Of a stretch of DNA of 64,000 nt, positions 1-13,074 are shown in pieces. Below the pieces are notes generated by a model. It saw nothing but the letters and a program-made list of their open reading frames with translations. It made no database searches and was not told where the DNA came from. The stretch is from Chrysomallon squamiferum (lineage: Eukaryota > Animalia > Mollusca): the NCBI GenBank assembly GCA_012295275.1, contig CM022665.1, positions 15,252,001 to 15,316,000 on the forward strand. The letters run 5' to 3'. The translations under genes were made by a program, and so were the position numbers. How positions within the stretch are numbered: the first letter of the stretch is position 1; each line of letters starts with the position of its first letter.

Positions 1-946
1 TCTTTTTTCATTTTTTTATTATTATCATTTTTTTTAAACATATCATTTTGAAGCTGAACATCTATTTATATTATGTGATCAGCATGTGAACTTCTGTTAT
101 TTCTGTCAAACATTTATTAATAATTCAGTTTTATAAATAAAATGGACTGGATGAATAAACCACAAACAAAATAATGTTAAAAATAATACTGCTGACTTTT
201 CCACTTTCATCGTTTTCATTTACAACGAAACTGGTGTAAGGATTATTAATAAACCTTCTTTGTTTTTCTGCAAGCCAGACTTTTTTAACAACAACAAACA
301 CAAATCTCCTTCTTATTCTGTTCATAAATTGATACAGACTTTGTGTCTACAAATGAATACTACAGAGACACCTGTCTATCACTAACTGGTCATATGGAAG
401 ATCATATGACCAATTGTACAAATAGCTTCAAAAATGCACTGTTTTACTGATGTGATTACAGTTTGACAATAAACACAGTCTTTTAAACTAGTATACAAAT
501 TAAATTAATTGAGATGGACATGATAAAGACTGTACAGAATTATATGTACAGTAAAGATTACAATTAACAAACCAACAGAAATAGAAGTCAGACTGGAGGA
601 AGCAGGCTGCATGTAATTGTAAACAAATATAAGAATACAAATTTTATTAAATAATTTTATCACTCATGGCATGAGTCTGTATGCAATATTTTGTTTAAGG
701 CCCAGTTTTATCAGAAACAGAATATTAATGTATACATGCAGATTATTAAATTTTATGTTTGTGACAGTGGCTTGGCTATGTCATATTGTCTTACTTCACC
801 TTCATAAAACCTCACTTTGTCTAGAGGGAGAAGTGACTACTCCCTATTTTTCTAGCCTAATGCGAACCCTGTGATGATGTTGCATGTGTGAATATGTCGA
901 CACATCCTTAACCATGAATAAATATAAATTAAAAACTTAAACAAAC

Positions 947-1062
947 CCTATTCCTAGAAGTACTAGTGGTGTCATCTGTAACTGTATTACAGTGGATACA
1001 GCCCAGGTCATCAGTAACACACACACACCAGGGTAGAGTGTGAACAAAAAGAGCTCAATCAC
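947..1062 (-). CDS. NEF1-like protein, coding exon 5 (VIELFLFTLYPGVCVLLMTWAVSTVIQLQMTPLVLLGI(G))
   Basis: tctttcag| acceptor, phase 0, matching exon 4. Probable GG|gtttgt donor. E-x-x-LF...P...WA pattern like NEF1 LERLLFACVP...FAWA (from memory). The next exon was not confidently located. Confidence 0.8.
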
Positions 1063-1531
1063 CTGAAAGAGATTATTATAATTAATCTAAAAACATAATA
1101 TTTTCTATATATTAACAGACCAAAGAGCGCATTATTACAAAATTCACTGATACATGTGACTGAAGATAAAAAACAAATCTCTAATACTAATAAAATATTT
1201 GTTAAATAATATCTGAAAGGATCTGAGTTATTTTAGATATTTATAGAATGTCACATAAAACTGGAATTGTAGTCCTAAAAAATGACAACAGAAGAACTTT
1301 TATTCATTAATGTGCTTAGTTTGTTCACTATTATATATAATATAAGTCTGAGAGTCTAAATCAGTAATACTATATTATTAGTTTTTAACTGTTCAGTCTA
1401 GGATCCCAGATTTATTTGGCATTTTTATCTTTATGTATAATTTATAATGATTTCTAGTTCTTTTATGTATGAACTTATACACATATATAGGCATATATCA
1501 TTATATATAAAACAAATTAATTCAAAATTAC

Positions 1532-1649
1532 TTCACAAAGATAAGGTTCCTCCATTCTGAATGATGGAAACTGCAAGAGTGCCCAGCCTCCAGTCAAAAT
1601 GACATACATGTTGACTGCACCTATCAAGAACAGATTCCACAAAGAGAGC
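1532..1649 (-). CDS. NEF1-like protein, coding exon 4 ((W)LSLWNLFLIGAVNMYVILTGGWALLQFPSFRMEEPYLCE)
   Basis: atatttcag| acceptor and GAA|gtaatt donor. 118 nt, phase 2 to phase 0. Carries a GxWxxLQF...ExP motif like NEF1 GCWTSLQFKWLQLENP (from memory). Confidence 0.85.
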
Positions 1650-1952
1650 CTGAAATATACAATAATTTTATTTTAGTCCACAAGTTATAAATATACAAGA
1701 AAATATACAAGAAAAAAAAATAACGACAGCCTTTATGAATCTTTGTTGATTTGTTATATTATTAATATTCTTTATTATTATTATTAAAAGTTGGTATTCA
1801 ATAATACAAAAAAGTAATTATTTGGAAATATCCAAAATGTATTTATAATATGATGATGATCATCATCATCATGTTGCTAGCTCTTTTCATATTGACATTT
1901 TTCTGGATCATAGATATTTAGTAAGAACTACAGATTTTGTTTAAACACTTAC

Positions 1953-2027
1953 CATATCAAAGGAACCACAGAAACAAACACTAAAATGTGACATGGCACA
2001 AACAGCAGAATAAATACAATCACACTT
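1953..2027 (-). CDS. NEF1-like protein, coding exon 3 ((R)SVIVFILLFVPCHILVFVSVVPLI)
   Basis: ttttcattacag| acceptor and TG|gtaagt donor. 75 nt, phase 2 to phase 2, open frame, hydrophobic helix. Confidence 0.85.
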
Positions 2028-2751
2028 CTGTAATGAAAAACAAAAAATAAACATTATAGTAATAATAATTAAAAACATAAAGAAATAATAATGGTGATAA
2101 TGAAGATAATAGGAATAGGAATAGGAATAGTAATAAATAAAAAGCAATAATAATAATAAAATTAAAAATAAGTAATAGTAATAATATATATAAAAAAGAA
2201 TGCTAAAAAAAAAGAGAGAAAAATTAATGAAAGAATACATTAACATTTCTTTTTATGCTAACAGTTATTAGATGATGAACACTGGTATATAAATTTCTGT
2301 AATAATAGTTTGTGAGAAAAATCTGTTGTTATCACATCACTGCTTTGCATATTGTGTGTCTCGAACATACAGCATTGCTGTCTTACCAATAATTCTCAAC
2401 TACACATTTGATCATGCTTCCATCATAAAACATACTAAAGTGTGCTGTCAAAAATGTAACCTCTGTCCGCACAGTGTATCAATCCATTCACTTTAAAATG
2501 GTTTATAAGTAAGATAAAGCTCGGAAAACTTCTAAATGTTCTATAATTTCAAATACTTGACTATAAGACAGATTCATTATGAAAAGCATTATTTTTTATC
2601 TGCAAGCTAGGCAGATGTTTAATTTATCATGTAACCAGCACCAATCTTCATTCTGCTTTTCAAACAAACATTGTTTGGGTTTTTTAAATTAATTTTATTA
2701 AGAATACACCTCATGTTTCTGAGTGTCAAATAATAATAAATTTACTATTAC

Positions 2752-2820
2752 CTTCGAGTTTCTCCAATGTGTGACAGAAGAATCAAGACAGCTGTACCAA
2801 CTGTGATGATTGACAAGAGC
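2752..2820 (-). CDS. NEF1-like protein, coding exon 2 ((M)LLSIITVGTAVLILLSHIGETR)
   Basis: tattttccag| acceptor and AG|gtaata donor. 69 nt, phase 2 to phase 2, open frame, hydrophobic helix. Confidence 0.85.
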
Positions 2821-3296
2821 CTGGAAAATATTTTATTTTAAAATCATGGTGAATATACGATAAACCAAAATTTAAAAAAGATATCTCTAAATTAACACAC
2901 TATATCAGATTTCAGTTTTTAACTGTTTTTACTTAAAAATTTGTGTCACTGAAACTTTGGATAGAATGTTTGTATGAATATGCATTATTTTGCAGTTTCC
3001 ATGTTAGCGTTTCATTTTTTTTTTTTTTTTTAATTAACAACTTAAATTAGAAAGGAAAATACAGAGTTCTTAAGCCAAAGTTCATGATCTTAGTCTGAAT
3101 GGTTCAGATTAAGCTATATCTAAATTATATACCCATTTCTCTCATAAATATAGACACTGCATTAAAAACACATAAACTTTATATTTAACTTTATATCTAT
3201 GTTTTAAGTTCCTATGGACATGAAAAGTACTTAAGGAAAAATATATTTATAAATGTATTAACAAATGTTAATAGATAATGATACTGTTAATCTTAC

Positions 3297-3529
3297 ATTT
3301 CTCCTGTCAAAGAAATAATCATTATGAAACATGGCAGTGATACTAGACACAGACGCTTATTGTAACGAAATGGTCCTGGATCAGCTAAGACTTTTTCTTC
3401 TTCTTCATCTGAATTTGTTGGTCTTTCATTTTCACTGAAACGATGATCTAGTTCTGAGTCAGAATCATATTCACTTTCTGTAGAACTTTGCTGTGACTGA
3501 AGAAACCTCTGATGCAGATCATTTGCCAT
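3297..3529 (-). CDS. NEF1-like multi-pass membrane protein, coding exon 1 (MANDLHQRF...PGPFRYNKRLCLVSLPCFIMIISLTGE)
   Basis: ATG at 3529-3527, one base after a tacag| acceptor (exon starts at 3530). Ends at a |gtaaga donor (3296), phase 2. Acidic S/D/E-rich N-terminus followed by a hydrophobic segment. PGPFRYNKRLCLVSLPC recalls plant NEF1 PSSFAYNGRIAIALVPC (from memory). Confidence 0.85.
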
Positions 3530-4357
3530 TCTGTATTTGTTATAAATATAATAATTAATGAATGCATTAATATAATTATTGGTGAGTTTCTGTATATATG
3601 TCTGCATGCATTTTTTTTTTCATTTATGTGTTTATACCTCTATGAAGGTATGTTTATTTTTGTGTATGTGTGTATATATATGTATATATATATATCTTTT
3701 TTTTTTTTTTTTGCTTTCTTGCTTTCAGTGTGCGTGTGTGAACTTAAGTTCGACTGTCTGGATGTTGATCTATTCTTAAAAACATTACAGTGCAGTAATA
3801 CGGAAAAGGAGAATGTGTATATGTTTATAAAATATCAGTAATGAGTTAAAATGATGAAAGGCATATATATTAATGAAGACATGGACTCAGTATAAAACAC
3901 TGATGTTTTTGTGTCATTATCTGATTTAGTTAGATATTAAAATTATTTAATTTTTATTAATATTATTTTATAAATTCAAATCATGTGTTAGATGACTGTT
4001 ATATCAAAGTTTGCAAACATTTGTTATATTAATCTTAGATTAATCACATGCAGAAAACCATTTCTAAATGTTTCTGAGAAGCCTTGAATACAGCTTGTTT
4101 ATACCTACAGAGACGTTTAGCCATATTTTAATACCCTATTTTTACTATTTACTGTTGGGTTTTTTTAAAGGTTTTTTTCGGAGTGGGTTGCGATTTGTGA
4201 AGATTTTGTTACTGAAAATTCTATTTTTCTGTCATCTCGTACTAATAACTGAAATCATAAAATGTTACGATATCCAGATGAACTGCAAAAATAAATCTGC
4301 ACGAGAATATCAATTTGTACTACTTCTTTCAAAAAATGTATTTACTTTAATAGTTAC

Positions 4358-4500
4358 CTAAACAAGCTAAAAAAATCAATATTCGTCAGATAAACATGCG
4401 TAAATGATCGAATCCTTCCATCTTGTTAGTCTCGAAATAATAAAACTTTTTCGAGTTTCCTTCTATATTAGACACAAAAAGAAAGTAGTTTAGGACTTTC
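4358..4500 (-). other. Possible non-coding 5' UTR exon of the NEF1-like gene (upstream boundary unknown)
   Basis: The acceptor immediately before the ATG implies an upstream UTR exon. There is a minus-strand TAG|gtaact donor at 4357, inside the CpG-containing region. Confidence 0.35.
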
Positions 4501-4815
4501 AGTTCGATATGTGTAATCGAGGTTAAAGTGGGGGAAACCCTTTCTCGGTTAGTAAAAGGCGGTTTTTGACGTCACAAAAGAATTCCCTTGGAACAAGTGT
4601 ACGTCGCTAAATTCTAGATATACTTGAAGTATCTATCGTTCTCAGACTGTCATTATTAAGTGTTTCGATTTATGAATAACAATTAGATCATTATACTTAT
4701 AGAACAACTACTAGTATGAAATTATTTCTTGACAAAAATCTTGGGAATTCCCTCACACGGAATTCCATTCAGGTTTTTGTGACGTAAAAAGGATGGTGGT
4801 GTACAAGATGGCGAC
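4380..4815. promoter_or_regulatory. Bidirectional CpG-rich promoter between the NEF1-like gene and AEBP2
   Basis: Divergent ATGs at 3529 (-) and 4808 (+), with local CpG enrichment. CRE TGACGTCA 4567-4574; TGACGTAA 4780-4787; kB-like palindrome GGGAATTCCC 4743-4752; YY1-type CAAGATGGCG 4804-4813 overlapping the AEBP2 start. Confidence 0.65.
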
Positions 4816-5130
4816 GGTCGGGTGCGTGGAGAATAATGGTTCAATGGACAGTGAGGATTTAGCTGCACGAAATTCTAAACCCGTAATGTCAGATTTATGT
4901 AAGAAAAATGGGATTAACCACAACTGTTTTTTGGCTGCACAAGTTCGAGACTGTTTTGAATCAAAAGCCGCCTTATCGGATAAAATACCAAAATTAAATG
5001 GTTGCAATTTCAAAGCATTTCCAAAGCCATCTATCCCAACATTACGGTCAAGAAAAGATAAATGTTCGCCAGAATTACCAAAAAGAAAAAGAAGACCGTC
5101 GAGACATGACAGCACAGAAGTAAAAGAAAG
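4808..5130 (+). CDS. AEBP2: Zinc finger protein AEBP2/jing, coding exon 1 (MATVGCVENNGSMD...RRPSRHDSTEVKE)
   Basis: AAGATGG strong Kozak context (in-frame upstream ATG at 4793). Open frame ends at a perfect AAG|gtaagt donor, phase 2, compatible with the exon at 50503. The link across 45 kb is inferred from strand, phase and promoter position. Confidence 0.7.
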
Positions 5131-7528
5131 GTAAGTTGTCAAATGCATTCCTTTGTTTGTCTGAATCGGTTTTTGAAAGAAAACGTATATGGCCATGGGT
5201 CGAACTCGGACAGCGGTATTCGACTTGGGGGCCTTTGCGATTTGCATATGTATGGTTTTGGATTTTTTTTCCCCCCTTTTCATTTCGTTTAGTGAACTTC
5301 TTGACTAGCAGTTTCAGTTGACACCAATTAAAACCAAGTCAGCTTCTAATCCTTGGGTGGGTTTTTTTTTCAGATTGTTTTTCCCCCCCTAGCATCCTTT
5401 CCAAAATGTTTGGACTTTTCTTTCTTCCTATCTTTTTTTTTTTTTTTTTTTTTTTGACACATGTTTAGAATAAATTTCTTGTGTGTTGTATATGATTTTT
5501 CACCAAGCTTGATTGATGGACCATATGTACAAACTAAGGCCAGTAATCTTTTTAAAATGAATTAAGTTTGTTGTGAACAATGCTTGCTATAAACAGCTGT
5601 GGCTGTTTATTATTATTATTATTATTAATGAAAAAAACAAAACAAACAAACACACACAAAAACAACAACAAACAGACTATTAAATATACAGGTCTGATTT
5701 AATTTAAAAATAAAAATCCAATGAATTATATCTTAGTAACTTTTAAATACATTTTAAAAGTAACAAAGAAAAAAAAAATAGACCATTTCAGTTATTTAAT
5801 TATATTTGATACAGTTGTCTTTACAAACTGTAACATGTCAAAATGTAAGTGGTTTTGTTAACAAAGAAGAGACCAATAGCTGAACATAAGCAAATTAATA
5901 TTTATTAGAATTTCGATGTTGTATCATACATACCAGCATATGTAAAACAGTTTCAAATTCAAAGTATAATAAATTACTGTTTTTATTTCTATAACTTTTT
6001 TGAAACTTTATTTGTGATATTATTAAAATTATTTTTCTGTAGCTATCAAAAGCAATTTTACATTGTTTAATTAGCAAAAGGTTCATGACATGTAAAATAC
6101 ATATATTAAACATTAAAAATACTAATAGAAAATACTAACAATTTTTAGTGATTTTTTTAAATATATATTTTCAAAAGTAATATGCAATGTTAACAGAAAA
6201 ATAATAATAATAATAAAAAAAAAAAAAAAAAAATACAAAGAAGTTAAAAAAAAAAAACAATGAATCAAAATGTTCAAAAGAATAATAATTTAAAAAATAC
6301 ATCAAACACACTAAAAAAAAAAAAAATTTAATAAATAAATAACTAAAATTAAAAAAATAAATTAAAAAATAAAAATTCCTTGACTTTCTTAAAATCCCGG
6401 TCAGTAATGATATTAACAAAGAAACAGTCCTAACCTATTTCATACATGAATCTGAAATTAGATCTTAAAGCATCAGTTAGTTTTAAAAATATTAAAGAAA
6501 TAAAATAATCTAGGCCTAACCATTACACAATGCAACATTAACCTTCCTGTAAGATATACCAAAAAAAAAAAAAAAAAAAAAAAGAAAGAGAGAGAGAGAG
6601 AGAGGAAGAAACCTTACAGTTTATTTTTTTTTTTTTTTTTTTTTTTTAACATTGTTATAATATAATTAATCAAATAAATTTGATGGAAAAGTTATTAATT
6701 AAGAAGTCTGTGATATAACAATACATTTTTTCATGTACAGAATATGAAACAATTTAAAAACTGGCAGATAAATTATGTTATTATTAGTTTTTGATTGACT
6801 TTGTATTTCCAAACAGAAATTCACAATTTCCTTTTCATATTAAATTAAATACTCATGAACTTAGCAGTAATGTTATTTAAGTATTCCTTTTGTTAATTTC
6901 AGCATATATTTAAAAAGGTGTATTAATCTAGTTCTGTTTTAATCTTTTATTAAAAGATGTAACTTGTAAAATTTCACACATACACCCATATAGACATGTA
7001 CATGCATACATAAACACATGCACACAACAGCTTAATTTTGTGCATGAAAGAAAATAATAGTGTTGAGTTTCTGAAACCTGACATAAAAATTAGGTTTGTC
7101 ATACATGGACTAATTACACCTTCAAAGTCACATTTATACTGAAGAAAAGTATTCAGAGAACAGGTGCAAAGAAAACAAATAATACATTTACACCGCTGGT
7201 AAAAGACATGCTATGACAAAGTCTCCAATTTAGTCATGTGAGTACATTGTACTTTTATTTCTTATTCTTGTTCTCTGTAGCATTTGTACTTGTAGTCAGG
7301 TTCATTCTCATCTGAGCTACACAATAGTTATATATGCACGTGCGTGGTGTCTAAGTATGTAATGGTATTCAAATTCAGCTTGTTACAAAGACTGATTTCA
7401 ATACTATTTTATTTCACTGAATTAGTGAATGTTATTTGATCATCCTTGTTTCTGACTGGTACAGTTTTCACATGTGGTATGATCCCTACCCACTAAAAAA
7501 ATAAAATCCAAAAAAACTATTTTTAGTA

Positions 7529-7560
7529 TTCTTCTTCTTCTTCTTCTTTTTCTTCTTCTT

Positions 7561-7590
<30 letters not shown>
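7529..7590. repeat. (TTC)n microsatellite
   Basis: Direct inspection. Confidence 0.95.
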
Positions 7591-7591
<1 letters not shown>

Positions 7592-10500
7592 TTAATTCAT
7601 TTATTTATTTAAAGAAAAATTATAACAAAGGACAAAATATTTTAATTTAAAATATCAAAAATTATTTTGAAGTGTGTTCCTGGTTATTATTTATTTATTT
7701 ATTTATTTAAAGAAAATTTATAATAAAATACAAAATATTTAAATTTTAATTTAGAAATTTCAAAAATCTTTTGAAGTGTGTTCTTGATTTTTTTTGTTTG
7801 TTATCGAGTATTATGTTTAATAATGCAGAAATGTTAAAGAGATGTTCTTTAAATTATAACTTTTTAAAATTATAAACACAACAGATGTTGTTTTCACTGA
7901 GACACATTCAGTAATATAGTTCAGAAAATTAGCATGCAGTTGCAACACTGTTTTCAAAATAAATTGAAATAAAAATAAAACCTTTATTTAAATTACGCTT
8001 TATAAATTAAATATCACTCTTTCACTGAATATTCAAAACCTTTCCATCTCTTTACTTTTCTATTATTAATTTCTTATTGCTGTTTTTGTTCATTATTAAT
8101 TTGTTTATATTTCCTGGATAAGTATTATTAATATTAAATTTAAAATTGTTTGAATGATTAATAAATTATGTAGGATATAAAATGTTATATGTATGGAGAT
8201 ATACCCCAGAATGAAACAAAACAAATAAATGAATATTTGTTATAAATGCTTAAAATAAGTATTAAAAATTAAAATAAATGAAAAAATATGAAGTAAATAA
8301 ATAACAACAATGCCTCCTTCATCCACCCTTTCTGACCAATGTGAATAAAGAAAGAAAAATTAGGTCTAACAAAAGAAAAGAAAAATTGAGATAAAGTAAC
8401 AGTTTTACAATTATTATCATTATCATTACAAAATGAATTATTGTAGTTTTTTTACAGTTAGCTGGGAATATTTTTTTCTTTTGTTTTCCTGAGAGGTATG
8501 TTAAGATGTGTTAATAATAATTACGTGTGGAACATATCTTTGTTGTTTTAAGTTACTACTGTCATAATAATTTGTTTTTATTTATTCTAATTATTAATAA
8601 TAAAATAAATAAATATATAAAATAAGATAATAAATTATAAAATCTTTTTAAAAAGTGTTTTAAGTTGTGATAAACTGTTGATATAAAAAGTGACTTATGC
8701 ATTTTGTTCAGTATTTTATTTTAAATTTAATGATAGAATATTTAAATTTGAACATGAGTTTGTGTTTTGATCGTGATGATTTTATTTATTTGTTGTTATT
8801 TTTTAAATATGTTATTATTATATTAAATTTTTAAATTATTATTAATATTTTACTTATTTATTTATTTATTTTTAATTGTAAAGAAGAAAAAAAAAATTGT
8901 TTTAAAAATAAATAATAAATTTTCCTCCCCAAATCTAAATTACACATTTATTTAAAAGGATTAAAAAAAGAAAAAAAAAAAGGAGGTTAACAAAAGTTTT
9001 ATTCTAGAGCTAAATTGCATTAAAAAAAAATTAAACCTTCTTCTATATTCTGAACTAGACTGATATTGTATCTTCACTCACAAATTAAAATAACTGAAAA
9101 ATAAAATCTATTAAAAAATATTTTTAGACATTATGAATATAATGGATGATGTAGACATTTGAAATTCTACAAAGGGAAATACATTTTATGAACAATTAAC
9201 AAATGTAATTATTAAAATTTTATATATATATATATATAAAAAACTGAACTTTTGACCCATTACAATTCATACCAGTTTCTAAGCTATATTTGATTGAAAA
9301 ATTAATGACACGAGTTGTTTAATATCACCATTTGAAAGTGGCCAAACAACTAAATTTGTATATATATATATATACATCATTCACTGTATTATGAAAAGTA
9401 ATGATAATAGGACTAACAATAAAGTTACTCTGACATTTCAACATAAGGTACATGTGTACTAAAGCATAGATTTGTGTTTTATTATTTCGAGTTTGGCATT
9501 CAGATAAAGTTTTTAAGCATATTAACAGTGACCACACTAGCTGAAGAGTGCATTTCAACTTAACAACAGTTACTTAACCAGAAGATTTTCACAAATTTTA
9601 TTTCATTTTTATTTTTTACAGATACTGTATAATTTCTGTTTTGTGATTTCTTTCATTATTTTTATTATTATTATTTTTTTATTTTTTTTATTTGTTAAAT
9701 GGGAGCTTTACCATCTGTAGATAGATACACCTAATGAGAAGCCTATGACAGATCTATGAAATAATTAAAATTAACAAGCACATGTACCAAACCATTTATC
9801 TGGCTTCCAGAAAGCCAGTTTTAGAAGTGTATTAATTTTTATTTGTGAAATATAATTTCATTCTTTATGTTTCTTTGTCTATTTTATATTTTAAGTATAT
9901 ATTAAGCCTTGGTCTAGGAAACTGGAATCCAAAAATCCAATTCACCTTAGGCCCCAAGCTTGCAAAACAAATGTATACATGTCTTTTCTCAGATTATATA
10001 TATAGAAGTAGCTTATACATTTTAAATTAATTACTTAACTCATTTTAAAATAATAACTGTCTAACATACATTTACAAATTTGTTAGATAAGATCTCAGTG
10101 ATAACAGTGCAAGACCTTTACTTTTAAGCCTGACATACTTCAGGATATTTGATTTTAGAGCAGTTGAAATTATTGTATTAATTGTATTGATTTTTGAGAT
10201 AGTTAGAAATCAGAAATAAATATCCAAAAGTAAACCATGTCTTTGGAAATGTTATATGCATTATATAATACATTATAAATTATAAATGAAGAGTTTGCAA
10301 ACTCTGAAAGTTGCTTATATTCAAGATAACAAATTTCTTGGATTCATCTTAAATATTTTCTTAAAACCAACAATGAATTATTACAGATCTTGAAAAGATA
10401 ATGAGTATTGTTTTCCATCTTTATTTTACATATACCAGGATGGTAAAATATCTTGAATCATTGAAAATACTATTTCTAGATTTATGCTTGTTATTCACCA

Positions 10501-13074
10501 ACCACCACTTTTCCAGAATACTATTTAGTAGAGAAATGTGATACTGACAAAAGCTGTTGTCTGGGTATGAACACTTGAATATTGCTTATAGGAATGATAC
10601 TGATACAGATACATAATTTTAATTCATAAATAATTCTCAGTTCACATAGCCCATTGCTCAGCAGCCTGTCTTTGTTAAAATGGCTGCAGTATAGGGGCTA
10701 AGCAATCTTTTGCATAATCAGCAAGTGATGCAGTAAATTAACTTAGTGTCATCTGTCAGTAAGCTGATCTCGTTTCTTGACCAGCCAGTATAACAGATCG
10801 ACTGACACAGAAGAGTAGAGACTTAAACATGTGGTCATTTTTCAGTGTTAATGTATAAAAACAAAAATTATGTATTCAAGAATAGTGATTTGTATACTTT
10901 TGTTCATGTTGTAATCACCATGTCGATATTATTTATCATGAAGAAACCAAATTGTTTTTAATCATTTTTAATCATTCATAAAAATTAAGAAATAATATGT
11001 ATATGAATTTTAGTTTAGAATTTATTGTTTAAAAAAACAAAACAATTATATATAATATATAAACTTTAATATTAATTGTTAAACACTGGATTTCAGTTAA
11101 TCTTATTAAATGCATGTGAGCATACAGTAACATAAAAGCATTTTCATCCACTTGTGTATATTGTAGTAATATATTATTAAAAAGTAAAGAAATGAAATAA
11201 ATACAACATGTGAATTTTTGTTTAAAGTCTGCTAGTGGAATATAATCATTAAAAATGTGGTTTATTTTAAAAAAATTAAGTAACATAATCATTAGATTTA
11301 AATAAATATATATATATATATAAAAAGACCCAGCCCTCCCAAAACTACATCTTTTTAAACAAATTTAAAAAACAGAAAAAGAAAATCTATTCATCCGTTT
11401 TCTTGTTAATAATGAAGCACTTCTAACAGATTGTCATGGACACCAGATTTGGTGAAGTGGATGTAATGACCGCTGTTGTCATAGGTCAAACACGCTGTCC
11501 ACAAAGAATGAGACCAAGCCCTGACACCTCCACAGAAAGAGCACATTTTATGGTCTTTGTAGCATTTCCGGTCATGCATGAAGAGAAGGTCTTGGTTGAA
11601 TGCACCAGAGTATGGAAATTAGAACATTAAAATGCTGATTTTTTGTGTGTGTGATTAGTCATAAATCAGAAAAATCTCAATGTTTTATTGTTTGTAAACA
11701 GTTGTAAAACATGCTGTTTGTGACATTATAGTCATGTAGTATTTAGGCTGAGTAGATTACTAATTTTTAATGGTATTTATAAGTGGAACTGTAATAAGAT
11801 GTTTAGAAATTTAAAAAAAAAAAAAAAAAAAAGAAGTTTTTTACTGTTAAATTTACTAATCAGAAGTATTTTCATTAATAAGAAATATTACAAAATACAA
11901 TAAAGTGCATTTAAATTAAAAAAAAAAAAACAAGTATGGCTTGATTTATTTTTCTTTATCTGTATTTAATAACAAAGAATTGTGAATAAATAATGAATAT
12001 TTGTTTAACCTGTACTGTAACATGTTTGATTATTAATAGCTGTTAGAGATCAGATGATATATTTAATATCTTGATATTAAAAAAACACACCCCAGAACAA
12101 CCTATTGTCAGCACCATTATGAATTGGTAGCAGAATGTATATATTTTAAATAACCTTCCCATAGAAATACATGCCATAACCAATGATAAATCAGTTATTG
12201 GTTTCTTATTCAAATGGGAAATGGGTGATCGTAGGTTTTGTTCTGTGTTCAGTCATACCTTAGGCATTTAACTGTAACCATTAGTATATAGCATAAACTG
12301 AACAAAATTTTAAAAATGATAAAAATAGAACTAACTAAATCAATAATAAATAAAAGTTAACAATAAATAAATATTGTATGAAAAATATGCAAAATGTATG
12401 AACGAATATATTGGATTGTTAATGAAGATACTTATACAGAACACCTGGTTTAGAAATAACATTAGATTCATTGTTTTCAGCTAAACTGACTGAGAAAAAA
12501 GGGGAGAGTTTATTTTTCAATATTTTTAAAATGGATATGATATGCATTGTATTCAGTAGATTTGTGGTGTTCAGTTATTTATTTTTTTATAGAAGTTTAA
12601 AATATAACTGAAAAAATTCTATAAAAGTGATTTTTTTTTTTTCATAAGATTACCAGGTAAAAATATGATTTAAAAAATAAATAAGTAATAAACCATGGTA
12701 ACACATGTAAGCAAATCCCTGACCACCTACAGCTTGGATAGATCACAGATTTTCCTTTATTACCAGAATACTGTTTTTGTTTACTGATATAAAGTCTGAA
12801 ACTAGATTTTGTTATTAGTGTATGTTATATAGGTCACAATTCATGTAAACCTATAAAATTAAATTAAGATAGAGAATGAGTGAATTACCATGTTTTTTAG
12901 AATATTATTATTCCTTTTACTTTGCATATTTTCATTACTTTCTAACATTATCTTGTATTTATAGTATTATTTTAAGTAATAAATATTTTGCTATAGCCAT
13001 TTATTTTTATACAAATCAGAACAATGTTTAATATACTTAATAAAATTTAAACTAATGCAAAAATATATATATAT

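Noticed and set aside
131-348. Minus-strand ORF as the next exon of the NEF1-like gene
   Set aside because: Its best acceptor (tttgtag|) is phase 0 while exon 5 appears to end in phase 2, and the peptide is not clearly family-like. Left unresolved.
4753-5283. 176-aa minus-strand ORF
   Set aside because: Antisense shadow of AEBP2 exon 1 and the GC-richer island; no recognisable motif.
11436-11630. 64-aa ORF in a GC-richer intronic patch
   Set aside because: No recognisable domain and no good flanking splice sites; more likely non-coding.
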